Shown here: piece after piece, positions 61,866 through 64,000 of the stretch
Layout of the letters: every line of letters begins with the position of its first letter
Position numbering within the stretch: position 1 is the first letter of the stretch
Assembly (NCBI RefSeq): GCF_024521635.1
Contig: NW_026250407.1
Location: forward strand, 1-64,000
Direction: 5' to 3'
DNA length: 64,000 nucleotides
Source: Tricharina praecox
Taxonomy: Eukaryota
Notes under the pieces: model-generated
Seen by the model: the letters and a program-made list of their open reading frames with translations, nothing else
What the model was told of the DNA's origin: nothing
Databases searched by the model: none
Position numbers and translations under genes: made by a program

Positions 61866-63972
61866 CTACTCGTCGGCGCCCACATTCTCCTCCTGCTTCG
61901 CCTCTGCTCCCTCTGCTCCATCACCCTCTCCATCTCCTTCCCCGTCAGATTCCTCCTCGTCACTATCCTCCGCATACTCCAAACTATCCTCACTACTCTC
62001 GCTCGGCTCAAAGTCACTATCCTCCTCACTATCCTCATCCCCGTCTTCCACCCCATCCCCCGCCTCCTCGGGCTTCGGCAGCAGCTCCTTGGGAACCCAC
62101 ACGACCAACACGCCCTTCTCAGCCGCGCAGCCGTCGCCAGCCGGCAGAGTCTTGAGCGTTTTATTGAAGTAGCGATCCACGACCTTCAGACTAGGGCGGA
62201 CCCAAGTATCCCTGGCATACGGCAGGAGAGTGTACTCGAATTTCTCCCTAGAGACCGGCAGCAGCTGTAGTCCCATCTGCTTTGGCCCCGAGAATGCAAA
62301 GGAGTCGTTGGTTTCCATCAATAGTGCAAAGGTCAGGAAGTAGTTGGTTGGGTTCTCGATGGTGTAGGTTAGGTTTAACGCACCCGGGATGGTACGGGAG
62401 GGGTGCGATTCGGCAAGGACGCGGGGTTCGCGGAGGGGGACGAAGAGGCGGGGAACGCGGAAGGGGGTAGTGGTTAGTGGGGTGGTGGGGGAGGAAGTGC
62501 GCCGCCAGTGGAGGTGGAGAGTTGTGTCGAGCGTGGACGGACTGCGGTCTTCGAGACTGTGTTTGGAGACATCGAGGCTGAAGGGAATTTTGATAGTTTT
62601 AGAAGGTTCGAGGGCTGATGTGTTAGTAAAAGTCGCAAAAATCCAGGAGAGGAATGATGCTTACAGATAGCCTTCTGCTCACCAGGAGAGATTTCACACG
62701 CCGCTGCGCCAGCCACCTGCCGCAGAGGCAACTCCCATCCTTCGATTGTGATATCATCCTTCCCAACGCCCTGAATCGCAGCCATCAGGCGCCACCGCTG
62801 CACAATCCCTTGCGGCTTAACATCCTCTTTAGCAGCGCCATCGTCCGCAAATAGCTCATTGTCGAGCGAGAAGTAGTCGGGCCAGATATCATGGCGCACT
62901 CGCGGGGAAAAGTCAAAGGTGCAGTCGAACGGAGACACAATGGGCATGTCCACCATAACCATCTTTTCCGTCGGCGTTTCAGGGTCCGATACGAGGTTAT
63001 AGCGGAGCTTAATCTCGAGCGTGCAGTCTGCAGGTTCGGGAGCGGAGGGAAAGGTGAAGTATCGAGTGATATGCTGGTTGGGCTTCATGTTGCCCAGAGG
63101 ATGGAGAGATGCTGTCGGTTCCAGGGCGGAGCCATCGTCTGCTAGCCAAGTGATGACTGGCCCTTCGCAAGTGTTAGTTGCCCAGCTACCGTCGTGGAGC
63201 AATTCTAACCTACCTTCTTCCATGGGCCAGCCAATAATCTTGACATCAACGCTCACATCTGCATCTTCATCCTCGCCATTCAAGACCTCAAGACCAATCC
63301 TAACCACCTCATCGGTGTAAACACCATGTTCCAGCCCTTTCGCCGAGACCTCCATCTTCGGCGGTCTAGGAAGGATGGTCAACGAGTCAGGAGCAGCTCT
63401 AAGCGGCCGTTTAACGATCTTTCCACCGGCAGTCTCTTTCCACCAGACACTCGTTCCGCCATTCTGTGTCGTGAAGACATTCTTAGTCGGGAGCGGATGT
63501 ACAGCAGCCGGGGTATCGTCTTCGCCAAACATCACGACGAAATCAAGATCGAAGCTGTCGTTGACAATACCAAAGGTACCACAGATCGCCTTGGCGCTGC
63601 CGGCTTCCCTCAGGATCGCGGAAAGCTCAAAGACCTTGACTTTGCCCGGTGCGATGGATAGATCTGTATCTGCTACCATGTATGTGTGCGATGCTATCGA
63701 CGTTGGTGATTGTAGCGGGGCATCAGCAGATTCCGAGTACTCATGGAGGGCGGATTGCAAATTGATTATCCGCACCGGTCGAGTCTGTTCCGAGGTCGAC
63801 GAGGCTTTATGGCGGAGAAGTACAGTCTTGAGGCCTCCTTCATATGTTATCTTCAGCTCCGAAAACACCAGTGGCGCCGCAGAGGGATGAGCATTTGAAG
63901 CGATGCTGAGCTGCGAGTTCACTGCCTGGCCCGCATGGACAGTTGGGTACTCGAAGGAGTAGCACACGGAGA
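61866..63972 (-). CDS. TRAPPC11: TRAPP complex subunit 11 (Gryzun/foie gras family), 3' part; introns 63163-63213, 62615-62664; gene continues beyond the window
   Basis: TILPRPPKMEV..YTDEVV, PFDCTFDFSPRV, GIVQRWRL, FAFSGPK..LLPVSR..YTLLP..DRYFNKTL resemble fungal Gryzun/TRAPPC11; acceptor at 63973. Confidence 0.82.
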
Positions 63973-64000
63973 CTATGAAACCGTCATTACTATGTCGCAG

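Overview
Eukaryotic genomic DNA from a filamentous ascomycete. Short 48-115 nt spliceosomal introns with CTRAC branch points support this; a Pezizales-like origin is my inference. (1) 1-4.3 kb is the right border of a deeply nested Ty3/gypsy (chromovirus) LTR-retrotransposon cluster: at least 10 stacked elements or LTR termini from 2-3 families, one with a Tf1-like self-priming signature. A 5'-truncated LINE end and decayed repeats follow, to ~6.4 kb. (2) ~7-34.8 kb is a gene-poor, microsatellite-rich region. It holds MET14 (APS kinase), one intronless 328-aa orphan ORF, a tRNA-like Pol III/SINE candidate and two related hAT-type MITEs. (3) 34.8-64 kb is gene-dense housekeeping DNA: mitochondrial ProRS, MAK21, VMA5, a cyanamide-hydratase-family HD protein, a degenerate HNH protein, HEM25, a thioesterase, ORC1, GIM5, an uncharacterised coiled-coil protein, PFD1 (GC-AG intron) and the 3' part of TRAPPC11. 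No CRISPR array, rRNA or intact tRNA was seen. All assignments come from manual motif recognition; no database search was run.
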